Positions 9,566 through 19,752 are shown, counted from the first letter of the stretch. The stretch: DNA of 64,000 nt from an uncultured bacterium (GCA_950073265.1 CATMPJ010000002.1:2638-66637); one strand, 5' to 3'. A program made the numbers and translations. Notes: generated by a model not told the origin, from the letters alone.

Positions 9566-10318
9566 ATGAGGCTACGTCATTTTGCGATAGTTGTCTACAG
9601 TTCGATTGTCTTTCTTTGTGTGCTACACTTCTTTCATATGAAAAATCCATGGGTAGTTATCGGCGTTATTGCTGTAGTTTTATTTGGTGGCGCATTTTGG
9701 TATTCCAGCGTTGTGACTGAAAAGAATAATGAAGGAGTGGTAGTGGAAGCACATGTAAAAGGGAATCCCGACGCAGCAGTGCGCCTCGTCGAATATAGTG
9801 ATTTCCAATGTCCAGCTTGTGCTGCTTTTCAACCGGTTGTTGAACAAGTCTTAGCCAGCTATGGTGATAGCTTAGCTTTTGAGTATATGCACTATCCATT
9901 GCCAATTCATCCATATGCAGTACAAGCAGCGGTTGCAGCTGAAGCAGCCGGCCAGCAAGACAAATTCTTTGAATATCACGATTTGTTATTTGAACACCAG
10001 ACCGAATGGTCTAATTCTTCCACGCCTGCAGTGCAATTTCAGGCATATGCAGAGGAGTTAGGGCTAGATCTCGAAACCTTCAAACGTCACATGAATTCTA
10101 GTATTCTCAAAGATCACGTACGAACACAAACGCAAACTGGTAGAGACATGGGTATTATGGCGACACCAACTTTCATATTGAACGGAGAACAAATGGTTAT
10201 TGAAACCTATGAAGACTTCATTGCTCAAATCGCCGCAGCGATTGATCCAAATCTAGCTGAGCCAGAGGATGCCGTAACCACAACCAGTACAGATACGGCC
10301 GTCGAGTTTGGTTTGTAG
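9566..10318 (+). CDS. DsbA family thiol:disulfide oxidoreductase (canonical order; true start probably the Met at 9638)
   Basis: TM anchor, VEYSDFQCPACAAF active site, C-terminal GIMATPTFILNGE cis-Pro region. Confidence 0.75.
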   Translation: MRLRHFAIVVYSSIVFLCVLHFFHMKNPWVVIGVIAVVLFGGAFWYSSVVTEKNNEGVVVEAHVKGNPDAAVRLVEYSDFQCPACAAFQPVVEQVLASYGDSLAFEYMHYPLPIHPYAVQAAVAAEAAGQQDKFFEYHDLLFEHQTEWSNSSTPAVQFQAYAEELGLDLETFKRHMNSSILKDHVRTQTQTGRDMGIMATPTFILNGEQMVIETYEDFIAQIAAAIDPNLAEPEDAVTTTSTDTAVEFGL

Positions 10319-10364
10319 GTCGTTGTATTACTCCGCAAATTAGCGTATGCTTGCGGGCTAACCT

Positions 10365-11651
10365 ATGAGTAAAAAGTCCAAAAACATCGTTGTTTTTGTT
10401 ATGTCCTTGCCAGCCGGCACGGTCGAGCAATTAGCTGAGTTAGAGCGCATTCTCGGATACAAAATCGAGGTGTTACTACTTGTTGATTCGCGCACTAAGA
10501 AGCAGGCCTCTGAGGGTACGGCGAAAAACTGTACTGTTCTAACGTGTGATTTTTCTAAACCAGAGAAAATTGCCGAAACCCTACTACCGTTCCAGGATAG
10601 GTTACTTGCTATTACGTGTCGCTCAGAAAAGAGTATGCCGCGCTTCGCGGCAGTGTTACCACACGTGCCGTATTTACGGACTCCAACGACTGAGTCTCTA
10701 CTCTGGGCAAGCGATAAGTTGTCTATGCGCAAGCGGTTTGCTGTGTATGACAAAAAAATAACACCTACTTTCACTGTTATCACAAAAAACTCAGTTGAAG
10801 ACAGAGAAAAAGCCATAAAGAAAGTTGGCTTTCCCATGATCATTAAGCCTACCAACCTGGCGGCGAGTTTGTTTGTGACTGTCTGCTTCCATGAAGAGGA
10901 GCTAGAGAAGACTTTGCGTACAACCTTTAGGAAATTGCGCAAAGCGTATGAAGCTGATGGACGTGATGAAAGTCCGCGCGTCATTGCAGAAGAGTATATG
11001 GAGGGTGATTTATACTCTATTGATTCCTACGTTGACTCACGTGGTCATGTGCATCATTGTCCACTGGTTAAACAGGTTACTGCAAAACAACGCGGTCATG
11101 AAGACTTCTACAATTACCTTCAGATTACTCCGACTGGGCTAAAAGGCACAACCATAGCGCGCGCTCACTCCGTAACAGAAGCTGGGATTCATTCACTTGG
11201 GTTACGTAGCACCATTGTTCATTCCGAACTGATGAAAGTCGATGATGAATGGAAAATAGTTGAGATTGGTGCTCGCATGGGTGGTTTTAGACACACGCTG
11301 CACGAGTTGAGTTGTGGAATTAATCATACGCTGAATGATGTTCTTATTCGGATTCCTAAAAAACCTAGAATCCCAAAGAAGTGCCAGGGATATGCGTGCG
11401 CCATGAAGTGGTTTGCTGGTAAAGAGGGAATTATTACTGAAATGAAAGGTATTAAGAGAATTGAACAGCTAGAATCATTCAACAGTATTAAAATAAACAA
11501 AAAAATTGGTGATAAGGCAGTATTTGCTCGTAATGGTGGTAGGTCAGTTTTTAATCTCTTTCTTTACAATGCTGATCGATCACGTCTCTTGGCAGATATT
11601 AGACGGGTCGAAAAAATGGTTGATGTAAAGGTCGCCAGTCGAAAAAAATAA
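10365..11651 (+). CDS. ATP-grasp domain protein (orphan ligase)
   Basis: 428 aa; ATP-grasp-like segments (GFPMIIKP, IAEEYMEGDLYSIDSY, VEIGARMGG). Confidence 0.6.
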   Translation: MSKKSKNIVVFVMSLPAGTVEQLAELERILGYKIEVLLLVDSRTKKQASEGTAKNCTVLTCDFSKPEKIAETLLPFQDRLLAITCRSEKSMPRFAAVLPHVPYLRTPTTESLLWASDKLSMRKRFAVYDKKITPTFTVITKNSVEDREKAIKKVGFPMIIKPTNLAASLFVTVCFHEEELEKTLRTTFRKLRKAYEADGRDESPRVIAEEYMEGDLYSIDSYVDSRGHVHHCPLVKQVTAKQRGHEDFYNYLQITPTGLKGTTIARAHSVTEAGIHSLGLRSTIVHSELMKVDDEWKIVEIGARMGGFRHTLHELSCGINHTLNDVLIRIPKKPRIPKKCQGYACAMKWFAGKEGIITEMKGIKRIEQLESFNSIKINKKIGDKAVFARNGGRSVFNLFLYNADRSRLLADIRRVEKMVDVKVASRKK

Positions 11652-11702
11652 AGTGGGGAAGCGGGGAAAGCAAAGCTTGCCCCGCTTTGCTATCATTACA
11701 GC

Positions 11703-12449
11703 ATGATTAAAACTCGCGATCTAGTACTGTTTTTGGTGGTTGTGTTTTTTCTTATCCTCGCAATTGGTGTCAGTTTTTGGTCGGAAGTACGAGTGAGTAC
11801 TACTGGCCCGTCACTTACCTTTGTGAATGATGAGATTGATTCATCTGTTGTAGTGTTTGATAAAGACATCGGACGGAAAACTCGATTGCAAGAGTATCGA
11901 GACAAAATTGCGGCCGGAGCAACTCTGTTTATTCAGACTGAGTTTTACGAAGCTGACGATGTCACCAATCCTGATGCCCCTGTTGATTCGGTAGCCACTC
12001 TTCAACAGTGTGCTAGCTACAACGTGTATCAAGGCGCTTTGATCGACAACACCAGTCCACTAGTCACGGTTGGCGCCAATCGGGTTATTTATGGCTCTGC
12101 ATCTAGTGGCAGCGCTGCGACATCATCTGCAACGAACCAGTCAGTAGTTCTAGCGTTGCCAAGTAACGGTACACGCACAGGTGTGCAATCCTGTGTAACT
12201 TCAGACGTGGTTGGCGTTACGCTTGGTGGTACGTTGATAAGAAACGGCGAAGCAGCTCGTTATGCAGTATTTCCCGAAACAACTTTGATCGGATATGCTT
12301 TGGATGGTTTTCCTATATATGGAGGCACTGCAGAACCACTTGATGATTGTGGAGGCCGAGAAGCTGCAGGAGGGTACCGCTATCACGCTACTCCAGGCGG
12401 AGATTACTTACTGAACTGCTTTAGTGGTACCCCAGTAGTACTCCGCTAA
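11703..12449 (+). CDS. membrane-anchored secreted protein, YHYH-domain-like
   Basis: N-terminal TM; C-terminal GGYRYHATPGGDYLLNCF resembles YHYH family. Confidence 0.4.
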   Translation: MIKTRDLVLFLVVVFFLILAIGVSFWSEVRVSTTGPSLTFVNDEIDSSVVVFDKDIGRKTRLQEYRDKIAAGATLFIQTEFYEADDVTNPDAPVDSVATLQQCASYNVYQGALIDNTSPLVTVGANRVIYGSASSGSAATSSATNQSVVLALPSNGTRTGVQSCVTSDVVGVTLGGTLIRNGEAARYAVFPETTLIGYALDGFPIYGGTAEPLDDCGGREAAGGYRYHATPGGDYLLNCFSGTPVVLR

Positions 12450-12453
12450 GAGT

Positions 12454-13092
12454 ATGTCAACACTTGTTTTCGATATTGAAACTAGACCATTTGATACATC
12501 GGTGTCAGAAGCAGCGCTATCGCCGCTTACTTCAGCACTTTCGCTTTTAGGTGTATATGATTTAGAAAGAGATGTCGGTACAGTCTACGTAATTAGTAAT
12601 AAAGATTTGGTGGACGGACAAGATGACCCAAGGTGGCAGTTCAAATCTAATTCAGAAGTAGTTGTCCTCGAGGAATTTTGGTTAGGTACGCAGTCATACG
12701 ATGTCTTTGTTGGATTCGGTACACGACGCTTTGATGTGCCGTTTCTAATGCATCGTTCAATCGCGTCATCAGTGCGACCTTCAATGCGTCTGATGAAGCA
12801 AAAGGTTTTATCGAGACAGGAGTTACCCTATCATGTGGATTTGTTAGATGAGTACTCTTTTTATGGACAAATGAGCAGGTCGCTTTCATTAATTGCTTTA
12901 GCAAAATTGTATCAGCTATCGGAAATAGATAACATGCTTACATACGATGTTGTTGCAGAAGCGGCCGAAGAGGAAGATCTTGAATCGTTGTACAAACACA
13001 TGATTGCGAAGCTTACCGTGACAGCTAAACTTTATGGTATCTGGAAAACGAATCTCGCGCCGCCGCAGTTCATGAATACGATTGATTTATAG
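12454..13092 (+). CDS. DEDD-type 3'-5' exonuclease-like protein (RNase H-like fold)
   Basis: Exo I VFDIET, Exo II GFGTRRFDVPFL, Exo III YHVDLLDEY. Confidence 0.5.
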   Translation: MSTLVFDIETRPFDTSVSEAALSPLTSALSLLGVYDLERDVGTVYVISNKDLVDGQDDPRWQFKSNSEVVVLEEFWLGTQSYDVFVGFGTRRFDVPFLMHRSIASSVRPSMRLMKQKVLSRQELPYHVDLLDEYSFYGQMSRSLSLIALAKLYQLSEIDNMLTYDVVAEAAEEEDLESLYKHMIAKLTVTAKLYGIWKTNLAPPQFMNTIDL

Positions 13093-13131
13093 CCACTCTC
13101 AATACAACGGTATTCTGTTATACTTACCCAG

Positions 13132-14361
13132 ATGAATGAAAAAAAATTTCCGGACGGATTTTATTGGGGAGCTGCCACTGCCTCCTACCAAGTAGAAGGA
13201 GGAATCGATAACTGCGACTGGGCAAAGGCTGCTCGTGAGGAACGGGTGCCGGTGTGCGGACAAGCCTGTGATCATTATCATCGCTATGAAACAGACTTTG
13301 ATATTGCTAAAAGTCTTGGCCACACTGCCCATCGTTTTTCTATTGAGTGGGCAAGAATTGAGCCCGAAGAAGGGAAGTTTAATCAAGAAGCTGTTGCACA
13401 CTATCGAAACGTTTTGCTAGCACTGCATGCTCGCGGTATCAAGCCGTTTGTGACGCTATGGCACTTTACATTACCACTTTGGTTTTCTGAGAGCGGAGGG
13501 TTTGAACGGGCTGATTCGCCAGAAATCTTTGCTCAGTATTGCGCTTTCGTGGTAAAAGAACTCGATGATTTGTGTGAACACTTCTCAACACAAAATGAGC
13601 CAAATGTGGTTGGTAGCAACGGGTGGTTGCGCGGCACCTGGCCACCCTTTAAACGTTTCGCACTCACAGACTTAGTGTCTATCACCAATTCTGGCAAGTC
13701 ATATGAACCGCGTTCGCAAAGAGGCTTCAAGCCGTTGTTTCTTTATATGCGAGTGATGAAAAATCTAGCTTGTTCACATAACGCCGCTTATATTGCTATT
13801 AAAAAAGTCTCACCAAATATAGAGGTAAGTGTGGTAAAGCACACCATAGTGTTTGATTCTAACTGGAATCCTATAAACAAGCTAAAAGCAGCTATTGCAA
13901 ACTACGCGTGGACACGCATCTATATGAATCGGGTGAAAAAGCATGTCGATTCGATTGGTCTTAATTATTATTTTTATACGAAATTTGGTGATAAGAGACA
14001 GTGGAGAAAGACAGATATGGACTGGAACTTCGCTCCGGAGCATATTTACGATGCGCTAAAAATGCTCTCAGTGTACAAAGTGCCACTTTTCGTGTCTGAG
14101 GCGGGTATTGCAGATGCGGACGATAGTGGTCGGGCCGAATATATCCAAAAACAAGTACAGGCGACTTGGCAGGCTATTCAAGACGGCATTGATGTGCGGG
14201 GTCATATGTATTGGTCGCTTTTGGATAACTACGAATGGGCACTTGGTTTTGAAAAACGTTTTGGCTTAGTTGAGATTGACTACAACACCCTGGAAAGAAG
14301 AATACGACCGTCGGCGTACGTGTATAAAGATATCTGCCAACACAACGCAGTGCTAGAATAG
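13132..14361 (+). CDS. glycoside hydrolase family 1 (beta-glucosidase-like)
   Basis: FYWGAATASYQVEGG N-terminal signature, TQNEPNVV acid/base region, FVSEAG nucleophile region (variant of ITENG). Confidence 0.75.
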   Translation: MNEKKFPDGFYWGAATASYQVEGGIDNCDWAKAAREERVPVCGQACDHYHRYETDFDIAKSLGHTAHRFSIEWARIEPEEGKFNQEAVAHYRNVLLALHARGIKPFVTLWHFTLPLWFSESGGFERADSPEIFAQYCAFVVKELDDLCEHFSTQNEPNVVGSNGWLRGTWPPFKRFALTDLVSITNSGKSYEPRSQRGFKPLFLYMRVMKNLACSHNAAYIAIKKVSPNIEVSVVKHTIVFDSNWNPINKLKAAIANYAWTRIYMNRVKKHVDSIGLNYYFYTKFGDKRQWRKTDMDWNFAPEHIYDALKMLSVYKVPLFVSEAGIADADDSGRAEYIQKQVQATWQAIQDGIDVRGHMYWSLLDNYEWALGFEKRFGLVEIDYNTLERRIRPSAYVYKDICQHNAVLE

Positions 14362-14366
14362 TAGAA

Positions 14367-15299
14367 ATGAACTGGATTATTCTAGCTACGTTTGGACAAT
14401 TTCTAAACGCTATTGTGGCGATTTTAGATAAATACATTGTTTCAGACGAAAAGGTACTACCTAGACCATTTGTATATGCATTCTATTCCTGTCTTCTGAC
14501 TGGTTTTTGGGCGGCGATTTATTTTTTAGGTCTCATTCCACAATTAGCCGCAATTGGGATGCCTAGCCTGGTAAATGTTACGTTTCCAACTATCCAAGTG
14601 CTAAGTATGTCATTTTTGACAGCCTACACGTTCTTCATGGCGTTAGTATCTATGTACGAAGCCCTTAAAAACTCAGATGCGTCAAATGCCATTCCGATTA
14701 TTGGCGCGGTATCAGCTCTAGCGACCTTCGGTCTAAGCTATCTGTTTTTGGATGCTGCGCTTACTTCTGAGCACATTCTGGGTATCTTTTTGCTCGCGTT
14801 CGGTACTTTGTTGGTTTCTAAAACACTACCCACTTCTCATGTAGCTCTACATACGATACACAGTGGTTTGTTCTTTGCGCTACATTACATCACCATGAAG
14901 GGATTATTTATTGAGACTAGCTTCGATAACGGATTTTTCTGGTCACGAATTTCTTTTGTGCTGTTCGCACTCTCACTGTTATTGGTACCTGTCTACTTAG
15001 AAAAAATAAAAACACAGACAAAAGATTCAAACCGGAGAGCTGGAATGCTGGTCTTATTTAACAAAGTGCTGGCGGGCGTGGCAGCTTTTCTGCTGCTCAA
15101 AGCTACTGATTTTGGAGATGTTTCCGTGGTGCAAGCATTAGACGGATTAAAATTCGTATTCATTCTATTGATTGCTGCTGTGTTCCATTATTGGTTGCCA
15201 GACACTGCTGTAGACAAAGATACTCGTCCCCGAATTCTCATCCAAAAATTTATTTATGTAGCACTTATTTTGGCCGGCTTCTTAGTTATCTTTATATGA
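14367..15299 (+). CDS. polytopic membrane protein (EamA/DMT-like, tentative)
   Basis: 310 aa, ~10 hydrophobic segments. Confidence 0.4.
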   Translation: MNWIILATFGQFLNAIVAILDKYIVSDEKVLPRPFVYAFYSCLLTGFWAAIYFLGLIPQLAAIGMPSLVNVTFPTIQVLSMSFLTAYTFFMALVSMYEALKNSDASNAIPIIGAVSALATFGLSYLFLDAALTSEHILGIFLLAFGTLLVSKTLPTSHVALHTIHSGLFFALHYITMKGLFIETSFDNGFFWSRISFVLFALSLLLVPVYLEKIKTQTKDSNRRAGMLVLFNKVLAGVAAFLLLKATDFGDVSVVQALDGLKFVFILLIAAVFHYWLPDTAVDKDTRPRILIQKFIYVALILAGFLVIFI

Positions 15300-15314
15300 T
15301 AAAGTGGAGTCAAT

Positions 15315-16331
15315 ATGAAAGTTCGTAAGTGGTCCTGGCTGCGTTGGTTATTGATAGGAATTTTACTCTTTTTAATTGTCACCAGCTTGCTCATCTTTTT
15401 GTTGGCTCAGAAAGAGAAACCAGAACAAATAGTATACGGTGCATCTTTTAATACTCTCTATGCACGCGAACTAAATCTTGATTGGAAAGAGACGTATGAT
15501 GCGATGCTTAACGAACTGGGTGTTCGGCACTTACGCCTAGCAGCTCATTGGACAATGGTGGAAGAACGCCAGGATGAATATGACTTCTCAGAGCTTGATT
15601 ATCAAGTTGCGCGAGCAGAAGAGGTTGGAGCAACGGTAGTGATGGCGGTTGGTCGTCGCCTGCCGCGCTGGCCGGAATGTCATATCCCAGAATGGGCTGC
15701 AAGTCTATCAGAAGCAGAGCGGAACGAGCAATTACTTTCATACATAGAAACGGTCATAAATCGTTATAAAGACAGTCCAGCTATCACCGTTTGGCAAGTA
15801 GAAAATGAGCCATTTTTGGAAGTATTCGCATTTGAACACTGTGGTCATTTGGATACTGACTTACTAGACAAAGAAATAGCACTGGTTCGATCACTCGATG
15901 GCACTAGACCCATCCTAGTGACTGATAGTGGAAACCTGGGTACGTGGGCTGGGGCTTACTCTCGTGGCGATATGTTCGGAACAAGTGTATATGTGCATTT
16001 CTGGAATCCAGATTTGGGCCAGTTTCGAACCTTCTTACCGCCGTGGTTTTACCGAGTCAAAGACAATGTCATGTCATTGGTATATGGTGAAAAAACTTCG
16101 GTCCTTATTGAGTTGTCAGCTGAACCTTGGCTAATCGAACCAATCACAGATGTTGATCTAGAAACACAGTTTACTCGGATGAATCCAGAAAAATTTGAAG
16201 ACATTTTACAATATGCTGAAGGTACTTATTACGAGGAGCAGTATTTATGGGGCGCTGAGTGGTGGTATTGGCTCCATCTGCAAGGCCGTAGTGATATGTG
16301 GGACAGAGCTAAAGAACTCTATAAGAAGTAA
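15315..16331 (+). CDS. membrane-anchored clan GH-A glycoside hydrolase (GH5-like TIM barrel)
   Basis: N-terminal TM; RHLRLAAHW...VWQVENEP acid/base-type motif. Confidence 0.5.
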   Translation: MKVRKWSWLRWLLIGILLFLIVTSLLIFLLAQKEKPEQIVYGASFNTLYARELNLDWKETYDAMLNELGVRHLRLAAHWTMVEERQDEYDFSELDYQVARAEEVGATVVMAVGRRLPRWPECHIPEWAASLSEAERNEQLLSYIETVINRYKDSPAITVWQVENEPFLEVFAFEHCGHLDTDLLDKEIALVRSLDGTRPILVTDSGNLGTWAGAYSRGDMFGTSVYVHFWNPDLGQFRTFLPPWFYRVKDNVMSLVYGEKTSVLIELSAEPWLIEPITDVDLETQFTRMNPEKFEDILQYAEGTYYEEQYLWGAEWWYWLHLQGRSDMWDRAKELYKK

Positions 16332-16688
16332 ATGTTATTCTTTAAAAAAGTAATTTTATTTTTCTTTACGACCTTTTTTCTCATTGCGGCAACGTTATTT
16401 GTGTATTCGCAATATTTCAAAGTTGAATTCACGCAAACCAAAGCACAAAAAGCACCCGAGACTGACAGCATTACTGCCACTTCTACAATTAATATAGAGC
16501 CGTCGGTGATTCCAGACGATCAATTTGAGGTTTTGAAAAAGGCCGGAGTTGATCCTGAAAACATTTCAATTACTAGTGAGATGATTACTTGCGCTGAAGA
16601 AGCTGTCGGGCGAGAGCGTCTGTCTGAAATTGCAGAAGGTAATAAGCCATCTTTGATTGAAATAAGAAAATTGATGTCGTGTCTGTAG
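16332..16688 (+). CDS. hypothetical membrane-anchored protein
   Basis: 118 aa ORF, N-terminal hydrophobic segment, contiguous with upstream gene. Confidence 0.35.
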   Translation: MLFFKKVILFFFTTFFLIAATLFVYSQYFKVEFTQTKAQKAPETDSITATSTINIEPSVIPDDQFEVLKKAGVDPENISITSEMITCAEEAVGRERLSEIAEGNKPSLIEIRKLMSCL

Positions 16689-16729
16689 TCTTTCTGCAAG
16701 AGAAAACAGTTTCTTTTTTCTGATAAAAT

Positions 16730-17863
16730 GTGTATTGTGTAGGTATGAATTACGTGTGTAAACAAGTGGTCGTAGCACTGGCTTTTCTGCTAGTGCTGCC
16801 ACTCTCTGTATCAGCTGAAACAGTATTGAGAACAGGAGAATCAGTATCTATAACTAACGACAGTGGAGTAGTTGGTGATTTTTACGGTGCTGGTAATGTT
16901 GTGACGGTATCTGGTTTAATTGAAGGCGATTTTGTCTCTCTGTCTGGACGTACAACCCACAATGGCCAGGTGAGTGGAGACTTACTGGCTGCCGGAGCAA
17001 CTGTTGATATTCACGGAGCAGTTGGTGATGATGTTCGAATTGTCGCCGGCGAGGCAGTTATTGCAGACGTAATTTCTGGTGATTTAGTTGTTCTGGCCGG
17101 AACTGTAAAAATCCTCTCAACTGCTACGGTTGAAGGAGATGTCTTCATATATGCACAAGATGCTGAGATTACGGGTCCGGTTGGAGGTACGGTTTTTGGA
17201 AATATACGAAATATACGCATTGATTCTCCTGTTGGTGGTGATGTGAGTGTACAGACGAGCCAACTCGTTCTTGGTGAGAATGCAGATGTCTCTGGTTCTG
17301 TTACCTATACGAGCGCTCACTTATTAGAGCGCTCACCAAATGCAGTTGTAAGTGGAGAAGTATTACGAAACGACAGCGCGTCAGCAGATCCTGAAGAATC
17401 ACCACTTCAAAAATATATTTACGCAGCATTAATGCTCATCTTTGCCACACTCATATGGTATCTACTCTCACGACAGACGCTTCATTCTGTCGTACAAACG
17501 GCACTTGAATATTCACCAAGACCGATATTGTATGGATTGACAGCATTAATTGGTTTACCTGTTTTGGCGATGGTGTTAATCACTAGTATGCTCGGCATTG
17601 CAGTTGGCACATTTGTAGTAATAATTTATATCGGTCTGCTTCTCCTGTCAGTCATTGCCACTGCTGCCACACTCGGAGTAGGCGCATTCAAAATACTAAA
17701 TCAACCCACTAAAAACCTAACGGTCATGCCGCTATTGTTTGGTTGTATTATTGCGGTTGCTTTGCCAATTATCCCTATTGTTGGGCCGTTGGTCTTAGTG
17801 TGTGTATTTCTGGTTACTTTTGGAGCTGTCGTAGAACGTTTGGTAACGCTACTTAGGAAGTAG
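16730..17863 (+). CDS. bactofilin-like (polymer-forming cytoskeletal beta-helix) protein with C-terminal multi-TM region
   Basis: repeated G-D-V/G-x-V beta-helical repeats over ~200 aa, then four hydrophobic helices. Confidence 0.4.
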   Translation: MYCVGMNYVCKQVVVALAFLLVLPLSVSAETVLRTGESVSITNDSGVVGDFYGAGNVVTVSGLIEGDFVSLSGRTTHNGQVSGDLLAAGATVDIHGAVGDDVRIVAGEAVIADVISGDLVVLAGTVKILSTATVEGDVFIYAQDAEITGPVGGTVFGNIRNIRIDSPVGGDVSVQTSQLVLGENADVSGSVTYTSAHLLERSPNAVVSGEVLRNDSASADPEESPLQKYIYAALMLIFATLIWYLLSRQTLHSVVQTALEYSPRPILYGLTALIGLPVLAMVLITSMLGIAVGTFVVIIYIGLLLLSVIATAATLGVGAFKILNQPTKNLTVMPLLFGCIIAVALPIIPIVGPLVLVCVFLVTFGAVVERLVTLLRK

Positions 17864-17974
17864 TCATGCACAGTGTTTCGACTATATAGCAGAGTCTTAA
17901 GAATCTGTAGTTTTAAACGAACCAGGTTTTGTTCGGGCCCGGCATTAGTATTTAAAATTTGGTAAAATCATTAC

Positions 17975-18661
17975 ATGAAACCAGTAGCATTTTTTGATAT
18001 TGATGGCACCATCTTTCGCTCCAGCCTCTTGGTTGAGCTTGTCGAGGCTTTGGTTGAAGAGGGCAGCTTTCCGGCTGAAGCCATTTTTGAGTATGCAGAT
18101 TCACATGAGCGGTGGCGCAACCGGGAGGGAACATACGATGAATATATAGCGGATGTGGTTGATTCTTTTGTGCGACACATTAAAGGTGTCCATTACGGGA
18201 CGTTTGCCGATTTAGCCAGAAAAGTAGTCAGGCTGCAAAGCAAACATGTATATCGATATACACGAGACTTAATACAGCAACTGCGAGCAGAAGGGTATAC
18301 GACTATCGCCATCTCACAGTCACCGAAAACAATTTTGGATGAATTTTGCCGACAGTATGGCTTTGATAAAGTATACGGAAGAATTTATGAGATCGGCCCT
18401 AATGATTGCTTTACTGGGGCAGTTACTGCAGAAGACCTTATTCAAGATAAATCAAAAATTGTGGAGCGTGTATATGACCGCTCTCCCGAACTGTCACCCG
18501 CAGCTTCAATTGCTGTCGGGGATACAGAGGGTGATATTTCATTGCTAGAAAGTGTTGCTCGACCAATATGCTTTAACCCTAACTTTGTATTGTATGCACA
18601 TGCCAAGGAAAAGGGATGGGAAGTTGTAGTAGAACGCAAAGACGTCATTTATAAACTATAA
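17975..18661 (+). CDS. HAD superfamily hydrolase (subfamily IB, SerB-like)
   Basis: motif I FFDIDGTIF; C-terminal GDTEGD motif. Confidence 0.7.
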   Translation: MKPVAFFDIDGTIFRSSLLVELVEALVEEGSFPAEAIFEYADSHERWRNREGTYDEYIADVVDSFVRHIKGVHYGTFADLARKVVRLQSKHVYRYTRDLIQQLRAEGYTTIAISQSPKTILDEFCRQYGFDKVYGRIYEIGPNDCFTGAVTAEDLIQDKSKIVERVYDRSPELSPAASIAVGDTEGDISLLESVARPICFNPNFVLYAHAKEKGWEVVVERKDVIYKL

Positions 18662-18704
18662 AAGAGACTCTTGTCCATCTCAAGAAACGCGTTATCATGG
18701 TGTC

Positions 18705-18920
18705 ATGAAAAAATTAACCCGAAGTCAAGAGAAAGCAGTGGTTGCGGGAGTGCTAGCAGGTCTTGCGAAGTATTTTGATCATGATCCGGTGTTATATCGG
18801 GTGATAGCCATAACATTTTTGATAATCACCGGATTCTTTCCTGGTGTTCTCATGTATCTAGCGGCATGGATTATCATGCCTAAGACTCCTGTGTCAACAG
18901 ACTACGAAGTCGTCGAATAA
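18705..18920 (+). CDS. PspC-domain small membrane protein
   Basis: 71 aa; VAGVLAGLAKYF...TM matches PspC domain. Confidence 0.65.
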   Translation: MKKLTRSQEKAVVAGVLAGLAKYFDHDPVLYRVIAITFLIITGFFPGVLMYLAAWIIMPKTPVSTDYEVVE

Positions 18921-18923
18921 GCA

Positions 18924-19745
18924 ATGTCGCGACTTACAAAGAAACAAGAACGATTCGTTGCGACCGTTTGGAATTTTTACGCTACCAACAGGCGTGAGCA
19001 TTTGCCCTGGCGCCAAACGCAAGACCCATACAAGGTTCTGGTTTCTGAGCTAATGCTACAGCAGACACAGGTTGATCGCGTTATTCCAAAATACGACGCT
19101 TTTATAAAGCGCTGGCCAACCGCGAGACACTTAGCTAGCGCTTCACTGGCTGATGTCTTGAAAGCGTGGCAAGGGCTCGGCTATAACCGGCGCGCAAAGT
19201 TTTTGCATCAAGCTGCGAAAGCAGTAGTCAACGACCATAACGGTGTTTTTCCACAAACCACACAAAAGTTACAAACCTTACCAGGCGTCGGTCCGTACAC
19301 AGCGAGTGCAGTTGCTGTCTTCGCCTACGATCACTCTGAAGTATTAATTGAAACCAATGTGAGACAGGTTTTTCTGCACCATTTTTTCAAGCAGAAAACC
19401 GATGTCGCTGACAAAGAAATACTGCAACTAATAGAGAGAACATTGCCTGTTGGTAGCTCCCGAGAGTGGTATGCGGCGTTGATGGACTACGGCTCATATC
19501 TTAAGAAAACATATGGCAACGTCACGCAAAGAAGTGCTCAATATGCCAAACAAAGTCGCTTTCAGGGTAGTGATAGACAAATTAGGGGGGCGATTCTTCG
19601 ATTATTGTCAGACGCAGCAATAACAGAAAGCAAAATTTCTAAGCATCTAGACTTTGAGGAGTTTCGCGTAAAGGAACAACTTAGAAAACTTTGTAGAGAA
19701 GGTCTTATTGCACGTATTCGCAATACGTATAGTTTGCCGAGGTAG
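18924..19745 (+). CDS. HhH-GPD DNA glycosylase, MutY-like, lacking the 4Fe-4S Cys cluster
   Basis: ELMLQQTQVDRVIPKY, WQGLGYNRRAKFL, LPGVGPYTASAV; no Cx6Cx2Cx5C after the HhH-GPD region. Confidence 0.65.
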   Translation: MSRLTKKQERFVATVWNFYATNRREHLPWRQTQDPYKVLVSELMLQQTQVDRVIPKYDAFIKRWPTARHLASASLADVLKAWQGLGYNRRAKFLHQAAKAVVNDHNGVFPQTTQKLQTLPGVGPYTASAVAVFAYDHSEVLIETNVRQVFLHHFFKQKTDVADKEILQLIERTLPVGSSREWYAALMDYGSYLKKTYGNVTQRSAQYAKQSRFQGSDRQIRGAILRLLSDAAITESKISKHLDFEEFRVKEQLRKLCREGLIARIRNTYSLPR

Positions 19746-19752
19746 TGCACAC

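Noticed and set aside
10358-10984. 208-aa minus-strand ORF
   Set aside because: Fully overlaps the ATP-grasp gene, which has clear family motifs.
13099-13401. 100-aa minus-strand ORF
   Set aside because: Overlaps the start of the GH1 gene; no support.
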